A stretch of DNA of 62,981 bases, counting the filler, from an uncultured Methanosarcinales archaeon (GTDB taxonomy: Archaea; Nanobdellota; Nanobdellia; Woesearchaeales; CAYNLP01), in NCBI GenBank assembly GCA_964398115.1. It is 4 parts of 4 records of this genome, joined end to end, with 100 filler letters (N's around TTAATTAATTAA, not from the genome) between each part and the next. Parts side by side here need not be neighbours in the genome. Positions count along the whole stretch, not along the records: positions 1 to 15,926 come from CAYNLP010000021.1; positions 16,027 to 31,841 come from CAYNLP010000022.1; 2 more parts are not named here. The stretch is one strand, 5' to 3'. Position 1 is the first letter of the stretch; each line of letters opens with the position of its first letter. This document shows positions 9,552-19,000 of this stretch, in pieces. The translations under genes and the position numbers were made by a program. The notes under the pieces were generated by a model. The model was given only the letters and a program-made list of their open reading frames with translations. It searched no databases and had not been told where the DNA came from.

Positions 9552-10199
9552 ATGCGAAAAGCGTTAAAAATAACTGCCATCATCACCCTAGTTTACTTTT
9601 TACTAACCACTGCTTTCTACATACCATACTACAACCACGATTATTGGTATGAAAGATTTGAACAAGTCAACACTTTCGAAAGGTTAGGAGAAGAAAAAGC
9701 TAAATCTATCTTTAAAGATATGAAAGAGTACTGGGACAAAGATTACTTCGGTTATGAACGCACTCATTTAATATCTTCTTTCAGCGAGAAAGAACAAAGA
9801 CATTTGAAAAGTGTTAAGAAAATAATAGACTGGATATGCATACTATATTATATAGCCATCCTAACTCTAATTTTAACCTTTGGATACCTATTTTACAAGA
9901 AAAGAGAAGAAATATCTACAATACTGCTTTATGGAGGAGCCTCCTCTTTCGGAATCATACTTTTAGCTGGAATTATTTCATTGATAGACTTCAACTTCTT
10001 CTGGAATTCACTTCACCAAATCTTGTTTTCAGGAAATTGGACTTTCCAATCAGATTCATTAACAATTCAACTCTTTGGTAACACCACTGTTTTCTTTTCA
10101 GAATTCACTGAAACGATATCAATCATAGCGTTAATCCTTTCAGGTATAACAACAAGTGTGGGTTACCAATTGAAATCCTCTAAATCTTTTTCTATCTGA
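9552..10199 (+). CDS. Integral membrane protein, DUF1461/TIGR01906-like
   Basis: FSEKEQRHLKSVK, FNFFWNSLHQILFSGNWTF motifs; 4 transmembrane segments. Confidence 0.7.
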   Translation: MRKALKITAIITLVYFLLTTAFYIPYYNHDYWYERFEQVNTFERLGEEKAKSIFKDMKEYWDKDYFGYERTHLISSFSEKEQRHLKSVKKIIDWICILYYIAILTLILTFGYLFYKKREEISTILLYGGASSFGIILLAGIISLIDFNFFWNSLHQILFSGNWTFQSDSLTIQLFGNTTVFFSEFTETISIIALILSGITTSVGYQLKSSKSFSI

Positions 10200-10408
10200 T
10201 CCATTTCAGAAAAGTTCAAATCATCAGTCACGTTATCCTTACTACCGCTCGTATCGTTGGAACCTTTAACACTTCCAGAATTATTGTCAAAATCGCTATT
10301 TGAATTTTCAATTTTATCGTTAGATTTGTTTATATTGTTATCGACATTAGTTTTACAAGCAACTAGAACTAACAATACGATTACTAAAGTCAATGCTATT
10401 TTTTTCAT
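10163..10408 (-). CDS. Small putative lipoprotein
   Basis: MKK + hydrophobic stretch + LVAC lipobox; N/S/D-rich disordered body. Confidence 0.6.
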   Translation of the reverse strand: MKKIALTLVIVLLVLVACKTNVDNNINKSNDKIENSNSDFDNNSGSVKGSNDTSGSKDNVTDDLNFSEMDQIEKDLEDFNW

Positions 10409-10425
10409 CTAAATAAAATGTAATA

Positions 10426-10484
10426 TGAGGTGATGAGGAGATTAACCTTTTGGGGGAGGGGTAAGTTTGACTCCTCATCCCTCA
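10426..10484. repeat. Intergenic inverted repeat / stem-loop
   Basis: TGAGG(T)GATGAGGAG at 10426-10440 pairs with CTCCTCATCCCTCA at 10471-10484; 30-nt loop. Confidence 0.7.
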
Positions 10485-10501
10485 CTTGTTTTTTGCCGGT
10501 T

Positions 10502-11287
10502 CTACTTCCAAATCCAGCCGAAGAGTCCTTTCTTACTCTTTTCTTTTTGTGCTAGGTTTTGCAACCTGTCTTGCTCTTGCTGGAGTTTTTGAATTTGATT
10601 TTGCATGAAGGATTTCACTTCTTCGTTGCAGTTTTCGCAGTTTTGTGTGATGTTTTGCAACTGGTTGATGCGTTGCTTGTTTTCTTGAACTTTGGATTGA
10701 AGGTTGTCTGCCGCTTTATGATTTCCTCCGAAGAGTAGTTCACCTACTCCGCCTTTCTGAATCTTTGCTTCTGCGTTAATTGTTTCATTCACCGTTTCAT
10801 TAATGTCTCTGGCGATTTGACTGACTTGTTTGCCAATTCCTCCAGAGAGGTTTTCAGTTGCTAGTAAGCCGTGAACTGCTTCGCTAATACCTCTTTGTTT
10901 CTTCGCCACGGATTCTTGAGCTACTGAAAGTCCTTTTGGACTTTTATTCGCTTTTTCTTCAATCATTTTTTGAACTTTTTCTAAATGTTGTGAAATGTTT
11001 TCAGGCTTGCCTCCGGCGAACGCTGGTTTGCCTTTTGACTCGTTTGGCTTGTTTTCTCGTGTTTTGTTTGGCATTTTGTTTTCAGCTTGTCTAGCTTGAG
11101 CGTCTTTGGTTTGATTCGCTTTTTCATTTACTTGTTTGTCTTGAGCTTGTTTAGAGTCAGCACTGTCTTTTTGTCCTTGCATTTCTACTTGTACTTCTCG
11201 TGGTTTTTTATCGGCTGCTTGTCCTTGAGCTACTGCTAGTGAAACCACAAACATTAATCCTGTGAGTAATGCGATTGTTTTTTTCAT
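10502..11287 (-). CDS. Secreted coiled-coil protein
   Basis: Signal peptide, Q/K-rich linker, helical C-terminus with GGIGKQVSQIA and KGLFGW. Confidence 0.75.
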   Translation of the reverse strand: MKKTIALLTGLMFVVSLAVAQGQAADKKPREVQVEMQGQKDSADSKQAQDKQVNEKANQTKDAQARQAENKMPNKTRENKPNESKGKPAFAGGKPENISQHLEKVQKMIEEKANKSPKGLSVAQESVAKKQRGISEAVHGLLATENLSGGIGKQVSQIARDINETVNETINAEAKIQKGGVGELLFGGNHKAADNLQSKVQENKQRINQLQNITQNCENCNEEVKSFMQNQIQKLQQEQDRLQNLAQKEKSKKGLFGWIWK

Positions 11288-11292
11288 GATTT

Positions 11293-11523
11293 TTACACCT
11301 CAACTTTTGATCTATTTTTCGGCATTAAAGCCGTGACTGCCTTTATACCCTCTATTGATTCTTTTAAATTTGTTTGATAAGATGCTACATCATTAACGTC
11401 TGCAGCTAGTGCTATGTCAAATGCTCCACATACCGGATAGGCTCCATTGATTTCAGGGAGGGCGTTTAATTCTTGTAATATTCTTTCTTCACGGTCACAT
11501 AGTATTAGGAATATAGCTTTCAT
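11293..11523 (-). CDS. Stand-alone Lrp/AsnC ligand-binding (RAM) domain protein
   Basis: MKAIFLILC...ELNALPEINGAYPVCGAFDIAL pattern. Confidence 0.6.
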   Translation of the reverse strand: MKAIFLILCDREERILQELNALPEINGAYPVCGAFDIALAADVNDVASYQTNLKESIEGIKAVTALMPKNRSKVEV

Positions 11524-11537
11524 GGCAACTCACCTCA

Positions 11538-13520
11538 TCATTCGTTTACAGTTAAATAGCTGGTTTGGTTTGTGAATTCTTCAAATCTTATTTCTAAACC
11601 TTCAACCTCTTCATCTTCACCCAGTTCAATCGTGACTTCTTCATCGTTTATTGTGAAACTTCCTTCATCTTCGTTCATTCCTTGGAATGTGAAGTTGTAA
11701 TTCTGTCCTGAAATTGTTATGGCCTTGTTTTCTCCTTCATCTAACTCTATTTGGTATCCTTGAAATTCGTATTCAATCTCGATTTCTATCTCGCCTTCTG
11801 TGTCATTTACTAAATTCGTTGCTTGTTGTTTCAAACTTTCCAACAAATCTGTTTCGGTGTCTGTCAAGTTTCCTTCTTCATCAACATCGATATCTACTTG
11901 TCCATCTTCATTCTCTGCTTCAATTTCTAACCTTGTTGTTTGATTTTTCTTAGCAATGCTAGAAGCCAGGGTGACAGAGTCGTTTTTCATCTGATTGGTT
12001 ATGTTAAAAGTGGATGTTATCTCAATTTGTGAACCTCCTATTTCTTTTTTAAATTCAAATTCTTCCTTTTCTGTAGTCTCGTTTTCACCATCATATTCTT
12101 CTGTTTCAACTTCTAATTCGTGTTCTAATCTTATCTCTATACTTGTTCCATCACTAACATTTTCAAATGATACGACAACTTCTTTTGTTAAGTTATTCCA
12201 TAATTGTTTTTGAAGCATGGTAAGGTTTCCATCTTTAGTATCTACATTGCTTTCATTCATTGTTTGATTTCTTTCTCTGGTAACATTAAGTCTTAACTCG
12301 TATTCACCAGTCTTGTTTTTGAAACTTTCTACTAATTCATCAAGTGTACGTTTTGCTTTGCTAGATAGATTGATGTTTCCTTTTATCTCAACTTTAGTTT
12401 CAACTTCTTTTGTTTTATTTTCGTCATCTTCTGCTTCTTGCTGGTCTTTTGCAAAGTTTTCTGCAACACATCCAGCTAAGCTTCCACCTGCTTTGTGGAT
12501 GGTCTTTACTATATCTTTTGAAATTTTGTGTGCGTCTTTCAAATCATCGTGTCCTTCTTTTATTTCGTCTTTTGCAATTTTGAAGTTGCTGGAGTTCCAA
12601 GCCAATCTTGCGTTGTCGAAATGACTTCTTGCTTCGTTCAATTTTTCGTCAAATTCTGTCATTTTATCTTCTACTTCTTCTGCAACTTCTGTTGAAGAAT
12701 TCAACCGATCAACGGCACAGTCCAGTTTAGCTTCCATACGTTCTGCTTGTTTAATTATCAAACCTATTTTTTTACCTGCAGCTCTATAACTGTGTGTTTT
12801 AACGGTTTCTTCAGATTCATCCCATACATCACTTACGGTGTGTGCTAGGGTTTGAAGTTCTCTTTTTGTTTCTGCAGTTTTGATTTTTTTCTTTATTTTT
12901 TCTAATCTTTCAACCACGTTATCAATATCTTTAACTGCCTTCTCTGCCTCGCTGTCAGTCAAAGCGTCAGAACTGTCAATGTTGGATTTGGTTTGTTCTA
13001 GCTTTTGGATCATTTGGTTAGCGGCAGTAGTAAGATATTCCTTAGCTTCAGAATTTATTTGATTTTCTAATTCTTCACAGTTTCTTCCTTCTTCTTCACA
13101 TTGTTGAAGTTCTTGTTTAGTTTTAAGAAATTGTTTCTTTTCTTTAACATATTGTTTTTTAGCGTTTTTGTATTTCTTTTTAGCCTTTTGATATTTTTGT
13201 TGTGCTTTGGCTACTTTTTCTTCAGAAACTTCTCTTCCTTTAATTTTGATCTTTTTTCTTTCCTTTATTCTCTTCTTTCGTTCTTCTTTCTTCTTTTCTA
13301 TTTCCTTTCTTTTTTCTATTTCGAATTTTTTACCTTTGTTCTTACCATTCCCAGGTTTATTCTCTATCTGTGGTTTTTCTTTTATAGTAGCAGTTGTAGG
13401 TGGACCGTTTTCTTTCTTCTTATCTGCATTTCCTGGATTTTCAGGTTTATCCGCAGTTACAAGTGTTGCTAAGCTAAGTGCGAACATCGTGACTATAAAC
13501 ATTGTAAGTAATTTTTTCAT
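11538..13520 (-). CDS. Large secreted coiled-coil protein with acidic C-terminal repeats
   Basis: Signal peptide, K-rich region, long heptad helices, two similar E-rich C-terminal modules; SD GAGGTG upstream. Confidence 0.75.
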   Translation of the reverse strand: MKKLLTMFIVTMFALSLATLVTADKPENPGNADKKKENGPPTTATIKEKPQIENKPGNGKNKGKKFEIEKRKEIEKKKEERKKRIKERKKIKIKGREVSEEKVAKAQQKYQKAKKKYKNAKKQYVKEKKQFLKTKQELQQCEEEGRNCEELENQINSEAKEYLTTAANQMIQKLEQTKSNIDSSDALTDSEAEKAVKDIDNVVERLEKIKKKIKTAETKRELQTLAHTVSDVWDESEETVKTHSYRAAGKKIGLIIKQAERMEAKLDCAVDRLNSSTEVAEEVEDKMTEFDEKLNEARSHFDNARLAWNSSNFKIAKDEIKEGHDDLKDAHKISKDIVKTIHKAGGSLAGCVAENFAKDQQEAEDDENKTKEVETKVEIKGNINLSSKAKRTLDELVESFKNKTGEYELRLNVTRERNQTMNESNVDTKDGNLTMLQKQLWNNLTKEVVVSFENVSDGTSIEIRLEHELEVETEEYDGENETTEKEEFEFKKEIGGSQIEITSTFNITNQMKNDSVTLASSIAKKNQTTRLEIEAENEDGQVDIDVDEEGNLTDTETDLLESLKQQATNLVNDTEGEIEIEIEYEFQGYQIELDEGENKAITISGQNYNFTFQGMNEDEGSFTINDEEVTIELGEDEEVEGLEIRFEEFTNQTSYLTVNE

Positions 13521-13742
13521 TGCGGATTCACCTCGCGATTTTCTAATTATTTGTTATTCATCTAGGTAATATTAGTGAAGGTTATTTAAAAATATACTTT
13601 TATTTTGAAAAATAAAAACGTCATATTAGCTTTCTAAAACTTTATAATGGTTGAAAACCCTTTAATTTTTGTAAAGAAGAGTTTTTTGAAGTTTTTACTT
13701 TGAAAAACCTTTTTATACGTGACTTTCTTTTATATCCTCTTA

Positions 13743-14423
13743 ATGAAGAAAATAGTAACAGTTGTGTTTTTAATCGCTCTCATACCAGGAGTAGGAGCCG
13801 CTACTCTGAAAGGAAACGTGTATGACTTTTCTCTAGAACCCATTACAGCGGTAATACAAATAAACACTACACCTACTCAACAAATTGTAGCAGATGGAGA
13901 GTACTCGCTAGAGGTTCCACCTGGTAGTTATAAGCTAGTGGCTCAACAGAAAAAAGGAGGGAAAACGATAGCCGCTGCTAAGGAGAATGTTACTATAAAG
14001 AATAATGGAACTTTCAACCTTGATCTTATATTGTTTCCGGAAGTAGATGTGAATGAAAGCTTAGATATTGAAGGACCTGGATTTGAGGATGAAGAGTTCA
14101 ATTATTGGAAGCCTTTAAATCAAGCACTTCCATACTTAACCGCTATTTCCCTTCTCTTGATTCTTTGGGGCTTACACTATTCTCATAAGAGGCATATGGA
14201 GGAACAAGCTACTCAAGAGTGGGAGGAAGAGTTAGAATTAGATGACGATGCAAGAAAGATATTAGAGTTTATAGATCGTGAGAAGCGGGTGACTCAGAAA
14301 GAAATACGAGAAAGGTTTTCATATTCACAGAGTAAAATCTCTCTTATAATAACAGAATTAGAGGATAAAGGATTAGTTAGGAAGATAAAGCGTGGAAGAG
14401 GAAACGTTATTATTCGAAACTAA
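13743..14423 (+). CDS. Membrane-anchored regulator: extracellular Ig-like domain, TM helix and C-terminal wHTH (COG2512-like)
   Basis: Signal peptide, beta-rich domain, TM, then RVTQKEIRERFSYSQSKISLIITELEDKGLVRKIKRGRGN. Confidence 0.75.
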   Translation: MKKIVTVVFLIALIPGVGAATLKGNVYDFSLEPITAVIQINTTPTQQIVADGEYSLEVPPGSYKLVAQQKKGGKTIAAAKENVTIKNNGTFNLDLILFPEVDVNESLDIEGPGFEDEEFNYWKPLNQALPYLTAISLLLILWGLHYSHKRHMEEQATQEWEEELELDDDARKILEFIDREKRVTQKEIRERFSYSQSKISLIITELEDKGLVRKIKRGRGNVIIRN

Positions 14424-15001
14424 GCCCCACCTCTGCTTTCTCCATCTACAATCCCACTTGCTATGATATGCGCAACCCTGATAGCTTCTGGAATGTCGCT
14501 GTTTGGACTGCACACGTTGATAAATTCTTCTGCTTCTTCTCTTCCAATATTTACAAGTTGAGCATAAACGTTATTGACTTTAACTGGTTCCGGCATTTGC
14601 TTGACAAGACTTATTTTTCTCTCCATATCTAAGTTTCGTAGGGCCTGGCAAAAACTTTCTAAATTTGGTTTCTCCCTCACAATCACTATAACTGGCAATC
14701 CTGTTTTTTCACTCAACGTTTTCGCGTTAATAACGTTAAATCCTGCAACTGCAATTCCATCCAAAAATATAGCTTGAAGTTGAGGCTTAAACTTGCAATT
14801 GTTAATCATTTGTATAAGCTTAACAGTCGCATCATCACCATCTTTTTCCACTTCTGTAGAGACAACTCCATCCATGTAGTTACCCCCACGATAAACAGTT
14901 CCTATAATCTTAACCTGCTTATTTACTGGATCAAACTTATCAAAAGGAGCATCATCAATCCCTATAACCCTAGCTTCATCCTTTACTTTATCCAAATTCA
15001 A
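14420..15001 (-). CDS. DUF99 / endonuclease V-like protein (UPF0215)
   Basis: VIGIDDAPF, DGDDAT, LDGIAVAGFNV, PEAIRVAHIIA motifs. Confidence 0.88.
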   Translation of the reverse strand: MNLDKVKDEARVIGIDDAPFDKFDPVNKQVKIIGTVYRGGNYMDGVVSTEVEKDGDDATVKLIQMINNCKFKPQLQAIFLDGIAVAGFNVINAKTLSEKTGLPVIVIVREKPNLESFCQALRNLDMERKISLVKQMPEPVKVNNVYAQLVNIGREEAEEFINVCSPNSDIPEAIRVAHIIASGIVDGESRGGA

Positions 15002-15414
15002 CCACCTACGTATTGATCAAAAACATCTGATAAGTTTGGAATTATATTATATTCTTCATGACTTTCGGGATTTATCCATTTATATTCTTCATGATCTCTG
15101 CCAAGTATTACTTCTTTACTGTCTGCTTTGCATTTGAAGAAAACTCCTACAATTTGCCACTTTTCACCCTTAACTTCAGGACGCCACTCCCTTACAGCAA
15201 AAGGAGAATTAATCTCTACATTTAATCCTGTTTCTTCTTTCACTTCTCTTTTCAAACTTTCATCATATTTTTCACCCGGTTCTACACGGCCACCTACGAC
15301 GTCAAAAAGTCCTTCATTACTTCCATCACTATAGTCAGACGACTCTCTAATTACCAAGACCTTTCCATCATGTTCTATGAAAGCTTTAGTTGCAACGAAT
15401 AACTCATCTACCAT
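14998..15414 (-). CDS. NUDIX hydrolase (MutT-like)
   Basis: Nudix box GGRVEPGEKYDESLKREVKEETG. Confidence 0.9.
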   Translation of the reverse strand: MVDELFVATKAFIEHDGKVLVIRESSDYSDGSNEGLFDVVGGRVEPGEKYDESLKREVKEETGLNVEINSPFAVREWRPEVKGEKWQIVGVFFKCKADSKEVILGRDHEEYKWINPESHEEYNIIPNLSDVFDQYVGG

Positions 15415-15417
15415 AAA

Positions 15418-15491
15418 AGCGCGGGGAGGGATTTGAACCCCCGAATCGAGGCTCTGCAGGCCCCTGCCTTACCGGCCTTGGCTACCCGCGC
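15418..15491 (-). tRNA. tRNA-Cys (GCA)
   Basis: Cloverleaf GCGCGGG...CCCGCGC, anticodon loop CTGCAGA, TTCAAATC T-loop, U73 discriminator. Confidence 0.95.
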
Positions 15492-15527
15492 AGCTAGATG
15501 AAAAGAAAAAAAGTGTGTTTATATAAG

Positions 15528-15743
15528 TTATCGCTTGATTTCAATCCACTCAGTCCTGTCAACTATTAATTCGCTAATAGCTGCGAATGGTAGAGCTACT
15601 AAGAAGATGATTCCTAAAACTTTCCATGTTATTGGATCTCCACTAGCTAATTTAAACACGAGCAAGTCTTCTATAATACCTAAGACAAGGCCAAATATCA
15701 AGAATTCAAGGAATACTTCAACTCTTTTCGAAACTTCCATCAA
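15528..15743 (-). CDS. Small two-TM membrane protein
   Basis: Two hydrophobic helices (EFLIFGLVLGIIEDL; IFLVALPFAAISELIVD). Confidence 0.6.
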   Translation of the reverse strand: MMEVSKRVEVFLEFLIFGLVLGIIEDLLVFKLASGDPITWKVLGIIFLVALPFAAISELIVDRTEWIEIKR

Positions 15744-15777
15744 GTTGGTTTATGCCAGAATTGGTATTTAAAAGATG

Positions 15778-15852
15778 CGGACCTGGAGGGATTTGAACCC
15801 TCGACCCTTGGCTTAGAAGGCCAATGCTCTATCCAGGCTGAGCTACAGGTCC
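15778..15852 (-). tRNA. tRNA-Arg (TCT)
   Basis: GGACCTG...CAGGTCC G; anticodon arm TTGGC-CTTCTAA-GCCAA. Confidence 0.95.
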
Positions 15853-15926
15853 ATACAGAATTCTACGACTAGAATTTAATTTATAAACTTTTACAATCTG
15901 TTCTTCCTTCCCATCCACACCAACGC

Positions 15927-16026
15927 NNNNNNNNNNNNNNNNNNNNNNNNNNNNNNNNNNNNNNNNNNNNTTAATTAATTAANNNNNNNNNNNNNNNNNN
16001 NNNNNNNNNNNNNNNNNNNNNNNNNN
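15927..16026. other. Artificial contig spacer
   Basis: N44-TTAATTAATTAA-N44 six-frame stop linker. Confidence 0.98.
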
Positions 16027-16066
16027 AGACGAAGATAGGAACAAGGACGCGGACGGACATATCGTT

Positions 16067-19000
16067 TTGACAAAGAAAAACCCACACAGGACTCTAGTGG
16101 TTGTCAACAGGAAAGAAAAGGCTGACCTCTCTTGTGAACAAGGAGCCTGGCACCTTGACATGGAAGGAAGCCCAGAAAACCTATATTTAGTTAATCCATC
16201 AACCGGTGAAGGAACACTAAAGCAAACTTACGAGGATGGACTTGGAAGCGTCGCCTCCTTCAATGATGGCAACAAGCTATACGGCTTAGAATGGGACGGA
16301 ACCAACACCGGAAACTTAACAGTACTAAATACGGATGGAACCCGAACCGATGTCGGACCAACAGGTCTTTCCGGAAACACGGTCGCGATGGAGTTTGGAC
16401 CTGACGGAACGCTTTACGCTGCCAACCAAGACAGTGACAAGCTATACACAATCAATTTGAGCACGGGCGCAGCCACACCCATCCATACTTTCAGTTCTCT
16501 TGATATAAACGGCGGAGACCTAACCGTCACCTCAGATAATACATTAGTATATGTGAGGAACAACGGAGAGGTCTGGACAGTTGACCTTGACGGTGGATTC
16601 ACCGAGACACACGTCGGAACGCTGAGCGGGACTTCAAGCATCACGAGTACAGCCTTACACAATGGACAGCATTATGCTATGGCTCGAGACGGTGACGAGT
16701 TCTACAAATTCGACATCAATCCATTTAACTCTTCCCTAGTGGATGACGAGATTGGACCTTTCAGTTACGGGGACGGAACTGCTTGTCCCGCACCTGAAAA
16801 AGACACGATAAAAGGAGTCAAGTGGAGTGATGAAGATAGAGATGGTGAGAGAGACGAAGAAGAATCAGGAGTTCCGGGATGGAAGATACTCATCCATCCA
16901 ACCGATGAAGAACCAGTAGAAACTTTAGAAGTTGACAGCGGTGATACAGAAGGAGAAGTCAGCCAAGTGTTGGAGAACGGCACGAAATACTTGATAGAAG
17001 TCAGCGGAACTTACAAGAACGCTATAAACAGAGATGAAAGTGAAAAAGCTGACGCCGAACACTCCACCCTTGACAACTGGGACACGCACAGGGACACCGT
17101 ACCTGACAGAGATGTCAAGATGCTAGACTTGGTCATGGACAATCAGAATGTTGACTGGGGAACTTTCAACGACGAACACCTATACAAGACTATAGTTGAA
17201 GGAGACGGAGAACAACACACCTTCAGAGTCTGGGATCAACCATCTGAAGGAGACTTGAGACCCGGTTGGTACGATGACAACGAAGGAACACTAACAGTAA
17301 ATATTTACGAAATCACGAGTGACGAAGTAGTAGTCACCGATGAAGAAGGTCATTACTCCAAGGAAGTAGAACCGAGAGAATACCAGATAGTCGAGATGCA
17401 GAGAGAAGGCTGGATCCAGACCGGACACCCCAGCAGACAACCCGACTACTGCCATATCAACACAACAGAGACAGAGACTGAAGGAGTAGAAGTTTGCAAC
17501 TTCGGCAACTATAAGAACTTCACAGAGCCGAAAGGCGACGTATTGATAACCAAGTACATCTGTGAAAACGGTACTGAAGTCACGAGAGAAGAGAACGGCC
17601 CCGACGTGGAAGGCAATCACGAAGCACCCGAAAAATGCAGAGTCGACGCGGGTCATGAATTCGCCTACACCTACCAATCTGAAAAAGAAGAAGGCGATCA
17701 GAGCGGGCCATATCCAAGAACTCCTAAAACTCAAATAGCCGGAGCCACCAACGGAACCGGACAGCTCTTGGTAGAAAACCTCAGCACGGTCGGAAGATAC
17801 AACTTCATGGAAACCGAAGACGAAGAATTGAGGGACGATGAGAAAGTGCTAGGATTCTACTGCTTCGGAGACGAAGGCAAGAGCACGGACAACCTCGACT
17901 TCACCTTCGTGGATGAAGAAGTGACAAGGCATTGCGTAGTATATAATAAGAAAGACGCATGCACGGCAGAGGAAGTAACGGTGCAGGAAGCCGACTATCC
18001 CGCTGACAGCGTGGCTGAAGAGAACCAAGGCTTGCAGAAGGACGGAGACTCCGTACCTTCTGTCAGGTCAGATTCTGAAGACGCGTTGGCGTTCAACGAC
18101 ACCAGATTCAACTTCTTCAGCCTCGGCTTTGGCGGCAACATAACCGTAGAGTTCGACAACCCAGCGCAGAACGAGATCGGACCGGACGTGAGAATCACTG
18201 AAGATACATACGGAAGCGGAGGATATCCGAATGAGACCGCAGCCGTGTACGCAAGCGAAGATGGAAGCAGCTGGCTGTTCCTCGGAACAGCAGACAACTT
18301 TGACGCTGCCACTAGCTCCAACGATCACTCAGTGAACGAATTCGACTTGAAAGGGTTGGATTACGCCAAGTACATCAGGATAGTTGATACGAGCAACGAA
18401 AGCGATTTCGGAGAAGGGTCCGGATCTAGAGGTCTTGACGCCGACGGCTTTGACATCAACGGCGTAGAAGCACTGCACGACTTCACAGATTGTAGAGCAT
18501 GTGAAGCTGAAAAGAACCTTGTTGCCAACGGAAACTTCGAAACACCTGAAGTTACTCACGAGAAAAACTGGGACATCTACGCTGACGGAACATCTGGACT
18601 TGAATGGAACGTTGAATGGGTAAGTCCAGAATCAGGCGCTCCCGAAGATGCAAATGTAGAATTGCATAAAGGAGTGCTTGGAGCAGCTGCGGAAGGCGAC
18701 CAGTACACAGAGCTTGACAGCGACTACGAAGGTCCTGGAAGCAGTGGTGGAGAAAGTGCAAGCACTATAATCACGCAAGAGATAGAAACAATCCCTGGTG
18801 AGGTCTACACAATCGAATTTAGCTTTTCACCAAGACCAGATACGAGTGTGACAAACAACTTCGTAGGAGTCAACATTGACGGAAATCAGAAAGCGAACTT
18901 CAGCGCGGACGGTAGTTCCAACACAGGCACGGATTGGGAGAACCACACTATCACGTTCGTGGCAGACAGCCCAACAACCACCATAGAGTTTGAAGACCTA

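Noticed and set aside
13101..13569. F/L-rich ORFs and apparent low-complexity repeats
   Set aside because: Antisense of the Lys/Glu-rich segment of the 660-aa secreted protein
15927..16026. Palindromic TTAATTAATTAA flanked by N runs, repeated at 31842 and 47512
   Set aside because: Artificial six-frame-stop spacer used to concatenate contigs; not biological, and synteny across it is meaningless
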